DNA of 64,000 bases from Octopus bimaculoides (Eukaryota), in the NCBI RefSeq assembly GCF_001194135.2, contig NC_069003.1:7337349-7401348 (forward strand). The letters run 5' to 3'. The notes below the pieces were generated by a model. The model did not search any database. It saw only the letters and a list, made by a program, of their open reading frames with translations, and was not told the DNA's origin. Within the stretch, counting starts at the first letter, position 1. Each line of letters starts with the position of its first letter. Position numbers and translations under genes: made by a program. This document shows positions 1-12,121 of this stretch, one piece after another.

Positions 1-60
<60 letters not shown>

Positions 61-267
61 TATATACATACAAGTAAATATATATATATATATATGCATA
101 TATACATACATGTAAATATACATATATGTATATAGATAAATAGATATAACAACAACCACGAGAACAACAACATAAAACTCAGTCACAGAGAGTAGTAAGT
201 TCATGAACCAAACCAAGGCAAGCTACAGTCAGGAGGATTAAAATAACAGGGTTTGAAGGAGTAATAC

Positions 268-327
268 CTTGAAGGCTCGAGAGTAGCTTCTTCGAGGGTT
301 TTGTAACCTTGCCAAGAGATACGGTAT
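268..327 (-). CDS. Candidate 60-bp internal exon (unidentified gene)
   Basis: Minus-strand acceptor ccatttataaccttctccgcag and donor AAG|GTATTA. All three frames are open (IPYLLARLQNPRRSYSRAFK / TVSLGKVTKPSKKLLSSLQ / YRISWQGYKTLEEATLEPS). Locally CpG-rich. Splice signals only. Confidence 0.3.
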
Positions 328-432
328 CTGCGGAGAAGGTTATAAATGGAAGGTTTATCATAAAACAGCAGTGGTTAACCTCTCAAAACAAAACGACATG
401 TAACGGACATTCGTTCCTAGTCGTTACCAAAC

Positions 433-470
<38 letters not shown>

Positions 471-894
471 GTTAGTTTCTCGTCGGAGGGTGGAAAAATG
501 TAAAATCCCGACAAGAGTAATGTTATTTTTTTTTTTTTAAACCAATGTTGGACATTTCTCTCCATGGGAGAAGGAAAGAAAAAGAAGGAAAATAATGAAA
601 CGAAAAGAAGAAAAATAAGACTAGCAAAATAAATGGTCGAAATATTGATTCTGATGTTTTTGTTTTATCTGCAGCAGGGAATGAGACTGGCCAATAAATT
701 CCTGGCAATAATATAGTTAAGTTGGTGTTCTGAAACTTTCAGTCAAAAATGAAAGAAAAAAAAAGGAAAAAGCTGTATTTGTTAAATCGACATTTCACAT
801 TAAATTAGGTTCATCTGTTGACTCTAAACTAATAATAACAAAACAGGACAGATTTCTTCTACTTCTTCCAGTTCTCTTATATTTTCATACTGAC

Positions 895-1098
895 AGGCAC
901 AGTCATGGTTGTGTGGTTAAGAAGCTGTCTTTGCAACCATATTGTTCCATGTTCAGTCCCACTGAACAGCACTTTGGGCAAATGTCTTTTACTATAGTCC
1001 CCGGATAGACCAAAGCCTTATGACCAAAGCCAATGGGACAGAACCTGAAACAATGTGGTTAGGAAGTAAACTGTTTTTACCACACAGCTATGCATACA
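895..1098. mobile_element. Two SINE-A head fragments, tail-to-tail (+ then -)
   Basis: ggttgtgtggttaagaagc...gttcagtccca...ttgggcaaatgtc on +, followed by the reverse complement of the same head. Confidence 0.8.
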
Positions 1099-1197
1099 CC
1101 CCTAGGTTTTTTTTGAATAGTTTCATCAAATTTCATTCCTTCAAGCAATATCTCAGTTCAAATCCAACCATAACCCACTCAACTACACATCTTTTAA

Positions 1198-1415
1198 CCC
1201 TTCAGCATTTAAACCAGCCAAATCTGGCCCAAATACTCTGTTTTAAGTTCAAACTCGCCAGATCTGGCATCTCACACCTACCCTACAATGTCATTTTTAA
1301 AATAAAACAATCACATCATCAGAACTTTTAAGCTACAAGATAATGCAATGATTAATTCAAAACAATGTGAATAAATAAGCATCACATTTGACAAAATAAC
1401 CTGAATGCTAAAGGG
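1198..1415 (+). mobile_element. piggyBac-like MITE P1, full length
   Basis: TTAA(1194-1197)-ccctt[c]agcatt ... aatgctaaaggg-TTAA(1416-1419). TTAA TSD and CCCTT termini are piggyBac-type hallmarks. Many copies in the window. Confidence 0.8.
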
Positions 1416-1635
1416 TTAATGTAAATCCTTTGAAAACAAAAAAGCAAAGAAACGAAAAACAGCAAAAAGAAAAGAAAAAAAAGAGATGGCACCTTATATT
1501 TCTGGAATTTCAATGAGATTTGATTTATTAAACAGTTCTGGTAAATTCAATGATCCTCTCCACCTTGATTCCCTTTTACAATGTGAATGAACTGGTTTCA
1601 GTGCAAGCCATTTTAACCATTTTTCTTTAATCTTT

Positions 1636-2218
1636 GTACCCTTCAGCATTTAAGCCTGCTATACCTGGCCAAAATATTCTACCTGTTTTATATTTAGACT
1701 GGCCATACCCAGCCTCTATCGCCTACCCTACAATGTCATTCTAAAAACATACAATCGCATCATTGAAATCTCAATGCTATGAGTTACTCTTTTACTCTTT
1801 TACTTGTTTCAGTCATTTGACTGCGGCCATGCTGGAGCACCACCTTTAGTCGAGCAAATTGACCCCAGGACTTATTCTTTTGGAAGCCTAGTACTTATTC
1901 TATCGGTCTCTTTTGCCGAACCGCTAAGTTATGGGGACGTAAACATACCACCATCAGTTGTCAAGCAATGGTGGGGGGACAAACACAGACACACAAACAT
2001 ATATACAACGGGATTCTTTCAGTTTCCGTCTACCAAATCCACTCACAAGGCTTTGGTCGGCCCGAGGCTATAGTAGAAGACACTTGCCCAAGGTGCCACG
2101 CAGTGGGACTGAACCCGGAACCATGTGGTTGGTAAGCAAGCTACTCACCACTAATTCAAAACAATGTGATAAAATTTGCATTACATGTGACAGAGTAATC
2201 TGAATGTCAAGGGGTTAA
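1636..2218 (+). mobile_element. MITE P1 interrupted by a SINE-A
   Basis: P1 5' part 1636-1783 and 3' part 2152-2218 (ends aaggggttaa), with SINE-A between. Confidence 0.75.
1784..2151 (-). mobile_element. SINE-A, near full length (tRNA-like head + CA/TA hinge + 3' module)
   Basis: Reverse complement reads gtggtgagtagcttgcttaccaaccacatggttccgggttcagtcccactgcgtggcaccttgggcaagtgtc...(microsatellite)...gctccagcatggccgcagtcaaatgactgaaacaagtaaaagagtaaaagagt. Confidence 0.9.
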
Positions 2219-2518
2219 TCAGGAGAGAAGGTTGTGCTTTTGACCTTTTAAAGGGCCTCCAAGACTTGTGAGGAGGGAAGAAGGTATTCTCAAACCAGAG
2301 ACCTGGTCTGAATTCTTGCAACAGAGTGAGCTCAAAAGGCATCCAAGACACCTGGTGGTGATGTTAAAGTATATCAGAAGACAGTTGCCCTATGGTGCTG
2401 AAAAGTGGAGCCGAACCCAAGATCACATAATTGGGAGGCAATCTTAACCACATAGCCATTCAGAAGATGTTGTAATTAAAACTTTATTTATGGCCAGTTT
2501 TATTCATTTGTTACTCAC

Positions 2519-2563
2519 CCCATTCTGAAGTGATCCATTCTCTGCCAAAACATTGCCATCCCA
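2519..2563 (-). CDS. Candidate 45-bp internal exon
   Basis: Acceptor cacattccttcaccag, strong donor GGG|GTGAGT. Phase-0 frame WDGNVLAENGSLQNG; the other two frames are also open. Confidence 0.35.
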
Positions 2564-2861
2564 CTGGTGAAGGAATGTGCCGTATATTCAGAAACACAAG
2601 CCTAATCTTAGGTTTTCAATGGAATTCGGTAGATGAAATTTATAGAGAAGTCTAGCATGCATGCGCACATGTGTCTGTGTGTGTGTGTGTGAGACTAAAG
2701 ACAAAGCCATTATATCTGAGAAAGACAATCATCTGCAGAGTTTGCTAAGACAGCAAAGCTAAACACAAAACCTTAACCATTTTCACACCAAAGCCACCTG
2801 AGACCAATCCTGATTCCTCTGATACAAAACTTCTTGTTTTGAAGTGGTTTTCATATTACTC

Positions 2862-2988
2862 TTTACTCTTCTCTTTTACTCTTTTACTTATTTCAGTCAT
2901 TTGACTGCGGCCATGCTGGAGCACCACCTTTTAGTTGAGCAAGTCGACCCTGGGACTTATTCTTTTGCCGAACCGCTAAGTTATGGGG
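2862..2988 (-). mobile_element. SINE-A 3' module, cut by an N-gap
   Basis: Near identical to 1784-1930. Confidence 0.85.
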
Positions 2989-3834
2989 NNNNNNNNNNNN
3001 NNNNNNNNNNNNNNNNNNNNNNNNNNNNNNNNNNNNNNNNNNNNNNNNNNNNNNNNNNNNNNNNNNNNNNNNNNNNNNNNNNNNNNNNNNNNNNNNNNNN
3101 NNNNNNNNNNNNNNNNNNNNNNNNNNNNNNNNNNNNNNNNNNNNNNNNNNNNNNNNNNNNNNNNNNNNNNNNNNNNNNNNNNNNNNNNNNNNNNNNNNNN
3201 NNNNNNNNNNNNNNNNNNNNNNNNNNNNNNNNNNNNNNNNNNNNNNNNNNNNNNNNNNNNNNNNNNNNNNNNNNNNNNNNNNNNNNNNNNNNNNNNNNNN
3301 NNNNNNNNNNNNNNNNNNNNNNNNNNNNNNNNNNNNNNNNNNNNNNNNNNNNNNNNNNNNNNNNNNNNNNNNNNNNNNNNNNNNNNNNNNNNNNNNNNNN
3401 NNNNNNNNNNNNNNNNNNNNNNNNNNNNNNNNNNNNNNNNNNNNNNNNNNNNNNNNNNNNNNNNNNNNNNNNNNNNNNNNNNNNNNNNNNNNNNNNNNNN
3501 NNNNNNNNNNNNNNNNNNNNNNNNNNNNNNNNNNNNNNNNNNNNNNNNNNNNNNNNNNNNNNNNNNNNNNNNNNNNNNNNNNNNNNNNNNNNNNNNNNNN
3601 NNNNNNNNNNNNNNNNNNNNNNNNNNNNNNNNNNNNNNNNNNNNNNNNNNNNNNNNNNNNNNNNNNNNNNNNNNNNNNNNNNNNNNNNNNNNNNNNNNNN
3701 NNNNNNNNNNNNNNNNNNNNNNNNNNNNNNNNNNNNNNNNNNNNNNNNNNNNNNNNNNNNNNNNNNNNNNNNNNTTTGATTTAGGTTCAAAACTTCAGCT
3801 TAATAATGACAGTTATTTTCTCGCATTCACCCTT

Positions 3835-4039
3835 TACTTGTTTCGGTCATTGTCCTGTCGGGCAAAATGCTTAGTGGCATTTCATCCATCTTTATGTTCA
3901 GAGTTCAAATTCTGTCATAGTCGACTTTGCCTTTCATCCTTTCGGGGTTGATGAAATAAGTACAAATTATGCACTGGCATCGATATAATCAACCAGCCCC
4001 TCTCCCAAAATTTCAGGCCCTGGGCCTTTAGTAGAAAGG

Positions 4040-4077
<38 letters not shown>

Positions 4078-4090
4078 TACTATTATTATT
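3835..4090 (+). mobile_element. SINE-B with (ATT)n 3' run
   Basis: aaatgcttagtggcattt...gagttcaaattc (B-box-like)...gactttgcctttcatcctttcggggttgatgaaataagtac...gtagaaaggattattatt. Confidence 0.85.
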
Positions 4091-4169
4091 ATAGATGTCG
4101 CACAGTATACAATATCATGATGTTGTTGATTGAAGATATTGTGTCTACCAGGGGGTTTGTACTGTTTGT

Positions 4170-4305
4170 CAAGTCACAATGTCTGCTGGTATGGGCATGG
4201 GATGTGTTCGGGAGATACAACTGTATACAGAAGAGCAGGAAACTGAAGGTTGATGGAATCCTAGGAAGGCATGGGATGAAGTGTTGAATGTTGATCTCAA
4301 AGATG
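4170..4305 (+). mobile_element. RTE LINE ORF2 C-terminal remnant
   Basis: Frameshifted translation gives CWYGH..., LKVDG..., PRKAWDEVLNVDLKD, matching the RTE C-terminal W.GH...GRP.K.W motif pattern. Confidence 0.7.
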
Positions 4306-4319
4306 CAAACACACACACA

Positions 4320-4455
4320 CATTATGGGTTTCTTTTAGTTTCCATTTACCAAATCCACTCACACAGCTTTGGTCAGCCTGAAGCTATATAAGAAAGCATT
4401 TGCTCAAGGTGCCAGACAGTGGTTCTGAACCCAGAACCACACAGCTATGCTTGCA
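4320..4455 (-). mobile_element. SINE-A head module
   Basis: gtttccatttaccaaatccactcac...gctttggtc...caaggtgcc...ctgaacc. Confidence 0.8.
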
Positions 4456-4487
4456 TCTACCTATTTATAAAGAGAAAAACATCATAC

Positions 4488-4531
4488 AGGTGATAACGGA
4501 ACTCCACAAGAAATACTCCCTTCTCAATGAT
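4488..4531 (-). CDS. Candidate 44-bp exon
   Basis: Strong acceptor tatttcatttatttcatatccag, moderate donor CCT|GTATGA; frame IIEKGVFLVEFRYHL. Confidence 0.25.
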
Positions 4532-4593
4532 CTGGATATGAAATAAATGAAATACCAGAAATTGCTTCCTGTTATTCTCTCTCTCATTCTCAT

Positions 4594-4664
<71 letters not shown>

Positions 4665-5314
4665 NNNNNNNNNNNNNNNNNNNNNNNNNNNNNNNNNNNN
4701 NNNNNNNNNNNNNNNNNNNNNNNNNNNNNNNNNNNNNNNNNNNNNNNNNNNNNNNNNNNNNNNNNNNNNNNNNNNNNNNNNNNNNNNNNNNNNNNNNNNN
4801 NNNNNNNNNNNNNNNNNNNNNNNNNNNNNNNNNNNNNNNNNNNNNNNNNNNNNNNNNNNNNNNNNNNNNNNNNNNNNNNNNNNNNNNNNNNNNNNNNNNN
4901 NNNNNNNNNNNNNNNNNNNNNNNNNNNNNNNNNNNNNNNNNNNNNNNNNNNNNNNNNNNNNNNNNNNNNNNNNNNNNNNNNNNNNNNNNNNNNNNNNNNN
5001 NNNNNNNNNNNNNNNNNNNNNNNNNNNNNNNNNNNNNNNNNNNNNNNNNNNNNNNNNNNNNNNNNNNNNNNNNNNNNNNNNNNNNNNNNNNNNNNNNNNN
5101 NNNNNNNNNNNNNNNNNNNNNNNNNNNNNNNNNNNNNNNNNNNNNNNNNNNNNNNNNNNNNNNNNNNNNNNNNNNNNNNNNNNNNNNNNNNNNNNNNNNN
5201 NNNNNNNNNNNNNNNNNNNNNNNNNNNNNNNNNNNNNNNNNNNNNNNNNNNNNNNNNNNNNNNNNNNNNNNNNNNNNNNNNNNNNNNNNNNNNNNNNNNN
5301 NNNNNNNNNNNNNN

Positions 5315-5359
<45 letters not shown>

Positions 5360-5855
5360 TATAGAAAGACAACAGGGTGATACTGTTAGCAGAAGATGAA
5401 AGAGGAGAGTTGATGATGATGATGATGATGTGAAGGATTCAGTACAAAGATATACTAAAGGAAATGGTTATATAGCTAGTTACAGGTTTTACTGTAACTT
5501 TGAGGGTATGCTTGCTTACATACACATACATAAAATGAAAACACACGAAAGAAAAACAAACGTGACAGTACATCCACCATCATCATCAACAAACGACGAC
5601 ATTTCACTGCATCCATCACTCCTGTAAATTTTCCAAAGAATCTATTAGCATACAATTATGCTAAGACTGAAGAGAATATATAAATTCAAATACTGCAGAG
5701 AATTATAAATAAACAGTACGGTAGGAGGACATGTAGCATTGGCTTTGGTTATGTTCTCTATCCGTCAATAAATCAATGTGGTAGCGATAAGCTATAAGTG
5801 ATCGTTATAAACAGTACATATGGTATGAGGCTTTTATTTCGACATCAAGGAAATA

Positions 5856-5928
5856 ATGCACAATGGTGGTAAGACACTCGAGAGAGAGGTGAACAGCAGA
5901 AGGTCTGCTGAGAAGAAATGCTGCTCAG
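5856..5928 (+). CDS. Candidate exon (ATG to perfect donor)
   Basis: ATG...TCA G|GTAAGT encodes MHNGGKTLEREVNSRRSAEKKCCS; the other two frames are closed. Confidence 0.3.
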
Positions 5929-6114
5929 GTAAGTGTTTCAGCCCTTAACTTCTTACACTCTAGGGGGCTGGGCCACATCCAGCTCATGACTCCTGGGTTC
6001 CCTTCTGCATTTAAACCTTCAGGAGATTTCACCAGGTTATAACTCTTCTCTGTTGACTCTGCTTTCATACTTGTGTACATATCTATCTGTCTGTCTGTCC
6101 ATCCATCCAATGAA

Positions 6115-6155
<41 letters not shown>

Positions 6156-6195
6156 GTGTCCTGCTAATCCCTGTATATTTATGATATATATAAAG

Positions 6196-6228
<33 letters not shown>

Positions 6229-7117
6229 CACACACACACAAACATACACACATATCAGAGGGAGACAAAAATTTGTCCCAGCAGTGGCCAGCAAAAAGGC
6301 CAGATGCATTTTGACCTTTTCAGGACTTTTCAGTGATGCACACTCACAGCTAATCACATGCTTGGATGAGAATTCATCATCACTAACATAGGGGAAAATT
6401 AAATAAAGCATTCACTGATGTTGCAAATAGTTGCTCAGCTGAATAAAAATCCAGTATATGCAATTGAGACAGTATTTAATTAAAATAGCCGCCATTTACA
6501 TTGGTAATTCTCTTGAGATAACATCACTTATTGAGGTTCTGTTAGTTTTTTTTGCACAAGCTCTAAAAATATTACTTGTGCCTATGTATAAAGAAATTTC
6601 AATTCAACTTCAGTTTTCCAATCATACCTATCCCTTTTAACACCTAGTCATAAACCCGGACACAAAACTCTAAAGCCTAACTTTAACCCCTAACCCCTTA
6701 TGTATAAATATATAAATTGTATTAGATTGGAGTGAACAGATGGCGTAATGGGTTGGCATCATCAGACATATTTATACGATTAATATTTGAACTAATTAGC
6801 TAATGTCCCTATTTTGTCACAAGCATGCCTGTCGTTACTTATCTAATTAATTAACAACTCAGATATTAATGATTATCTCTGCTAAGAAGAGTATCAAAGC
6901 GGAGACTACCCACTTAGAATTGTTGGTGTTGATCATCAAATATGTAGCTCAGTCTAGAACTGCAAGGCCAATTGGCACAAACCCTGAGGCTTACCACCAG
7001 GTCACAGTGTCATGATCACAGTCACTTTAAAGTCTACTTGTCCATGATTACTTATATGGGTCAGGTGAGAGTATGTTGGAATTTTATAAGGGGGAGACCT
7101 GGCAGAATTGTTAGCAC

Positions 7118-7410
7118 ACTCTTTCACTTGTTTCAGTCATTTTGACTGCGGCCATGCTGGAGCACCGCCTTTAGTTGAGCAAATCGACCCCAGGACTTAT
7201 TCTTTGTAAGCCTGGTACTTATTCTATCGGTCCCTTTTGCTGAACCGCTAAGTTACGGGGGACGTAAACACACCAGCATCGGTTGTCAAGCGATGTTGGG
7301 GGGGGACAAACACAGACACACAAACATATACATACATACATACATATATATATATATGATGGGCTTCTTTCAGTTTCCGTCTACCAAATCCATTCAAAAG
7401 GCTTTGGTCG
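7118..7410 (-). mobile_element. SINE-A, 5'-truncated
   Basis: High similarity to 1784-2060. Confidence 0.9.
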
Positions 7411-7423
7411 ACTATTATTATTA

Positions 7424-7457
<34 letters not shown>

Positions 7458-8025
7458 GGTCGTGAGCTGGCAGGATCATTAGCACGCTGGACAAAATGCT
7501 TAATGGTATTTCGTCCATCGCTACGATCTGAGTTCAAATTCTGCTTAGGTCAATAATTATATATATATTCCGTTTACATATTTGTTTTGCAAGATTTTTG
7601 ATGCAAAATGGCTGATATTTAGCAAGGTGAGACACACATAAGAAGGAAGGAAACAAAGGACCACTGATGAGGTCACAGAAGTGTGATGAAAGAACTCTGG
7701 CCGAAATAAGATTAATGTAATATAAAGCTGAAGCAAATTAACACCAAATATACAGTGCGTGTGTTTTTATTGGCTAAACTGGCAATATGACCATCCCCAA
7801 GTACAACAACATATATATATATTGATCTAAAACAACAGGATTACTAAAGGAAGACCGGAATTTAAGAGAAAACCAAAAGATCTCATGATATTCATTAAAG
7901 GATTTTATTTCAGATATTCTCATTTGAAAAATCATCTCAGGTAAATCATTGAGAGGATGTTGGTGTTGCGTTGGCGGAGGTTTTCTCTCTCTGAGTGCTC
8001 TTATTATTATTATTATTATTATTGT

Positions 8026-8330
8026 GAAGGTGCATAGCTTAGTGGTTACAGTGTTGTACTCATGATCATGAGATCATGGTTTCAATTCCTAGACCTAATG
8101 GTGTGTTGTGTTCTTGAGCAAAATACTTAATCATGTGTCGCTCTGCGATCATATCGACACCTGACATGTGGCACCCTGTGCACCCGTTCAGGCAACATTG
8201 ATCTGATGGACGGAGTGAAATAATGTGCAGCACATACATTTGATCACTATAAATAAATCATTTGTGCAGGTTGTTCGGCAAAAGCTGAACATTCGTACAT
8301 CATCTCTGATGGGAGAGTCCATCATTATTA
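8026..8330 (+). mobile_element. SINE-R (tRNA-Arg-like head), body type E
   Basis: gcatagcttagtggttacagtgttgtactcatgatc...gtttcaattcc...ttgtgttcttgagcaaaa. An inverse copy lies at about 26600-26860. Confidence 0.8.
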
Positions 8331-8334
8331 AGGT

Positions 8335-8545
8335 GACAAGCTGGCAGAACCCTCAGCATACAGGACAAAATGCTTAGCAGTATTCTGTCCACTTTCATGT
8401 TCAGAATTCAAATTCTGCCGAGGTCGACTTTGCCTTCCATCCTTTCAGGGTCGATAAAATAAGTACCAGTTGGGTACTGGGGTCGATGTAATCAACTAGT
8501 CCCCTTCCCCACAAAGATTTCAGGCCTTGTATCATAGTTATAATA
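8335..8545 (+). mobile_element. SINE-B
   Basis: gctggcagaac...gaattcaaattctgccgaggtcgactttgccttccatcc. Confidence 0.85.
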
Positions 8546-8549
8546 ATTG

Positions 8550-11540
8550 GTGGAAATTGAGATACACTAGTATAAATATTTAGTTCCTACGTACGTTTCA
8601 TCATTGTAGTTAATTGGAGCTCAGCATTGAATGTTCCAAGTTTATTTGGATAAAGTGTTCCCCTTATGATCCATTGCACTTTGGCATCGAAATGCATTTG
8701 GAAAACCAAATGCTGAGTTCCAATTAACGGCAATGGTAGAACGTACGTAGACACTAAATATTTATACCGGTGTTGTACCGTTCCATATGCTCTGTATATG
8801 CTCATAACTTGTAACACTGCTAAGTACAACATTAGACTAACCACTATGCTGGAAGCCGACTGGATAATGATAATCTATGTGAAGCTCTAACTCATATAAT
8901 AGGAGTCGTATATCTAATTGTATGCACAAAATAATATAATAGTTATCTAATATAGTCTGTTTAGTGTTGAGGAATGTTCAATTGGCCATCGAAACAGTTT
9001 AACAGAATCGTTGATGCAGTTGGTATTTTGTAAACGTGTATTAGATTACCAAACAGCATTGCACGACAAGTGTTTACACGTAAAGATAAACTTGGTCATA
9101 CACGACTTCAGCTGGAACCATGTAACTAAATTTTTGTTTGACTATTTCTTTGGAAAGTTAGTAAGTTTATTACAGGCAAAAACGCGAGAATTGCGGCGTA
9201 ATTGGAGAGAGAGAGAGAGAAGGAGAGAGGGAGAGAAGAAAGAGAAAAGGCGAGAAAAGAGAGAAAAAGAGAGAAGAATGAAAAAGAGGGAATGAAATAA
9301 AGATAGTAAAAGAAAGACGGAGAACGAGAAAGAGTGAGCGAGAGACAGAGAAAAAGAGAGAGTGAGTGTGTGAGAGAGAGAATATATAAAAAAACATTAA
9401 GGTTTACTTGAAATATTGAAACGAAAACAAAAATACTGTTTACTAATTGGATCTTTTGGAAATTTCTGCTGACTCTCACACATCATTGCATCTTATAATT
9501 AATATGAGTTTTTAATGCTGTTACTAATTAAATACTTCTAAATTCCTTAATGTATTTTTTTCTGGTAATATACACGTTTTTAAAATGAAAATATTGCTGA
9601 TCATTATTATTATTACATCTAAATGTTTTATTTTTTTCTAATGTCGTTTCTAATTAAATAATTATAAGTTCAGCTAAATGATTTCCCAACCTCTTCGTAA
9701 TGTGCTTTTAACATGCAAGTTTTTCTCCTTCAAAAAAAAAAAAAAAAACCCAGTAATTTTTCGTTTCGTTATTTCAAATATGCCACGATATTTTTATACA
9801 TTTCCTACATTTTTTTTCCTTTAAGACAAATTTACGCCGCGATTCTCCACATTTACCAATTATTTTTATCCATAGTCGAAAGAAAACGGAGTAAAAATAT
9901 ATAAAGGATATAAATTCGAAAGAAATAGATTTTATATATAACATTCTGTAACTGGTTGCTTGTACAAGACAAACGAACACGATTTTAATGCATTAAAAAA
10001 AAGTTATTCTTCTGTTCATTAGATACAACACTGAGTTAAGTTTCTTACTATTATTAAAACACTTTTAACAAAAATTCTGTGGAGTAGAGCAGAAAAAAGA
10101 CACTACAGAGAATATGGGACGTAATGAACACATCTAAAATAACTACTATCGACATATATGTATTTATAGAGAGAAGAAAATATATAAAATGAAGGCAATA
10201 ATAATCTGAATATAATGGCATATATATTATCATATATTATTATATATATATTTTTATGTATATCAATAAAATCGAAAAATTGTTCAGCCATCAAAGAAGT
10301 TACATACCTTGTGGTAGACAAAATCTATATTATGTCACACAAACACATAGAAAAAAATAAGATTAAAGATCAACACTTGTTTACAAATAGATTGGGGGAA
10401 AAGTGTATGGAGTTGTCATGGAATCGGTTGTTCTTAATTCGAAGAAATGGAACTCCCTGTAATCGCTCTGTGAAACACTTCGCTGATTTCTTAACACGTG
10501 TTTTTAGCGTTGTGTATGTGTTTGCGTGTGTTTGTGTGCTTGTATGCGTGTGTGCTCTTGTGTGCAAGAGTGTTTATGAGTAGGTGTCAATGTGTGCGCA
10601 TCAGAGTGTGTTTACGTACGCGTGTCAATGTGTGTAAACGTGTATAAGAATGTGTGTACGCGTGTCGGCCAAATATAGTTGAAAAAACTGTAGCTTGAAG
10701 TACACCAACGTCACCACCACCACCACCACCACCACCTGCACCTCCAACATCACCATTAAATAACACCACACACACATACATACACACACATTCGTTAACG
10801 CAGCTATTATGACAGCAGCCAACTTTTACTACAAGTACCCTACCCACCAACCCCATTGATTCTAGTTCAGCGGCAGAGAGAGAGAGAGAGATAGAGAGAG
10901 ACACACACAAAGACACAGAGAGAAAGAGAGACAGAGAGAGAGAGGTGGGAGATGGAAAGAGAAAGAGGGGGGAGTGATGATGTAAGAATGGGAATTTTTT
11001 AGGACAAGATGTTGAGAGAGGATCTGTTGTTTATACTTATCACAATGAGTGTGCACGTATACGTGTGTGTGTAGGTGTTTGTATCAGAACGTATGTAAAA
11101 GAATGTGTGTGTGGGTGACTGCGTGTTGCGCGCGAGTGGGAGACATTACTATATATATGTTTTCAAAGTGGTTTTTCGTGACATTATATAAGAGTATGTT
11201 TTGAGAGACGGTGCAAAGGAATTCATGGTTGTGTGCGTGTACGTATGTGTACACACACACGCACACGCATATTAGTTGTTGCCAACCTACCCGCTCCCGT
11301 CTCTCACTCTTCTTCATGCCTGCCCCCCACCCATCATTCACTCTTGCAAACCCCGTCCCCAACCACACCTAGTTCCTCTGAGCCCCACTCGTTTCTACAC
11401 ACGTCATATCTTGAGGGGCCACCTGGATACTTCATCACCACTACATATCTCTAAAACCGGCAATCCCACTAAGCGTGCTTGGTGAGGAGGGTTATTATTG
11501 GACATCCTGTAGGATAACAGAAAACAAAACCCAACAAAGA
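8550..11540. promoter_or_regulatory. SINE-free, CpG-retaining island; putative promoter/first-exon region
   Basis: About 3 kb with no recognisable SINE. Many CpGs (aacgcgagaattgcggcg, tttacgccgcga, gttgcgcgcgag) and GA/CA tracts. Inr-like TTAGTT at 11272 and donor TTG|GTGAGG at 11481. Confidence 0.45.
8564..8773. repeat. Fold-back inverted repeat (65-bp arms, 80-bp spacer), MITE-like
   Basis: 8564-8628 versus reverse complement of 8709-8773: about 55/65 matches by manual alignment. Confidence 0.85.
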
Positions 11541-11805
11541 TGAGGCACCTTGGGCCAACCAAAGCCTTGTGAATAGATTTGGTAGACGGAAACTGAAAGA
11601 AGCCTATCGTGTATCATCATATCATAATCAGTTAGTGTCCGTTTTCCATGCTGACATGGCTTAGACAGTTTGATTGGGACTGGTAAGTTGGAGTAGCTGC
11701 ACCAGGCTCCAGTTTGATTTGGCTTCGTTTTTACAGCCAGATGCCCTTCCTAATGCCAACCACTCCAAGAGTGTAGTGGGTGCTTTTACGTGCCACTAGC
11801 ATGAT
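11540..11805. mobile_element. SINE-A fragment (+) adjoining a family-C tail (-)
   Basis: ccaaagccttgtgaatagatttggtagacggaaactgaaagaagcc, then catcat...tttccatgctgacatgg...gatgcccttcctaatgccaaccactcc. Confidence 0.8.
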
Positions 11806-12121
11806 TACTCAGGCATTGCTTTACCAATATAACCTGGTGTAGAACTCAATATACGCATGCTTCTAAATGAAGTGTTAGTTGGGTACAGAGCAGTAATAAG
11901 AGATGACAAAATTTATGTATGTATTTGTCCCCCATAACTTAGCAGTTCAGCAAAAGGAATTGATAGAATAAGTACCGGGTTCCAACAAAAATAAAAAAAA
12001 AAAAGTACTGGGGTTAATTCATTTGAGTAAAAGTTCTTCAAGGTGGTGCCTCAGCATGGACACAGTCTAAGGGTAGAAGAACCCAGGAGAGTCAATGGAC
12101 ATCCAGTATTGTGTGTGTGTT

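Noticed and set aside
2844-5380. Long ORFs containing X runs (also at 15342, 46898, 51388, 55383)
   Set aside because: They are open only because they read through N-gaps and (TA)n/(CA)n repeats
7590-7945. Plus-strand microexon candidates (IFDAKWLIFSK; IFSFEKSSQ)
   Set aside because: Good splice signals but no supporting context, and not phase-compatible with 5928 without a stop. They illustrate the false-positive rate of such calls.
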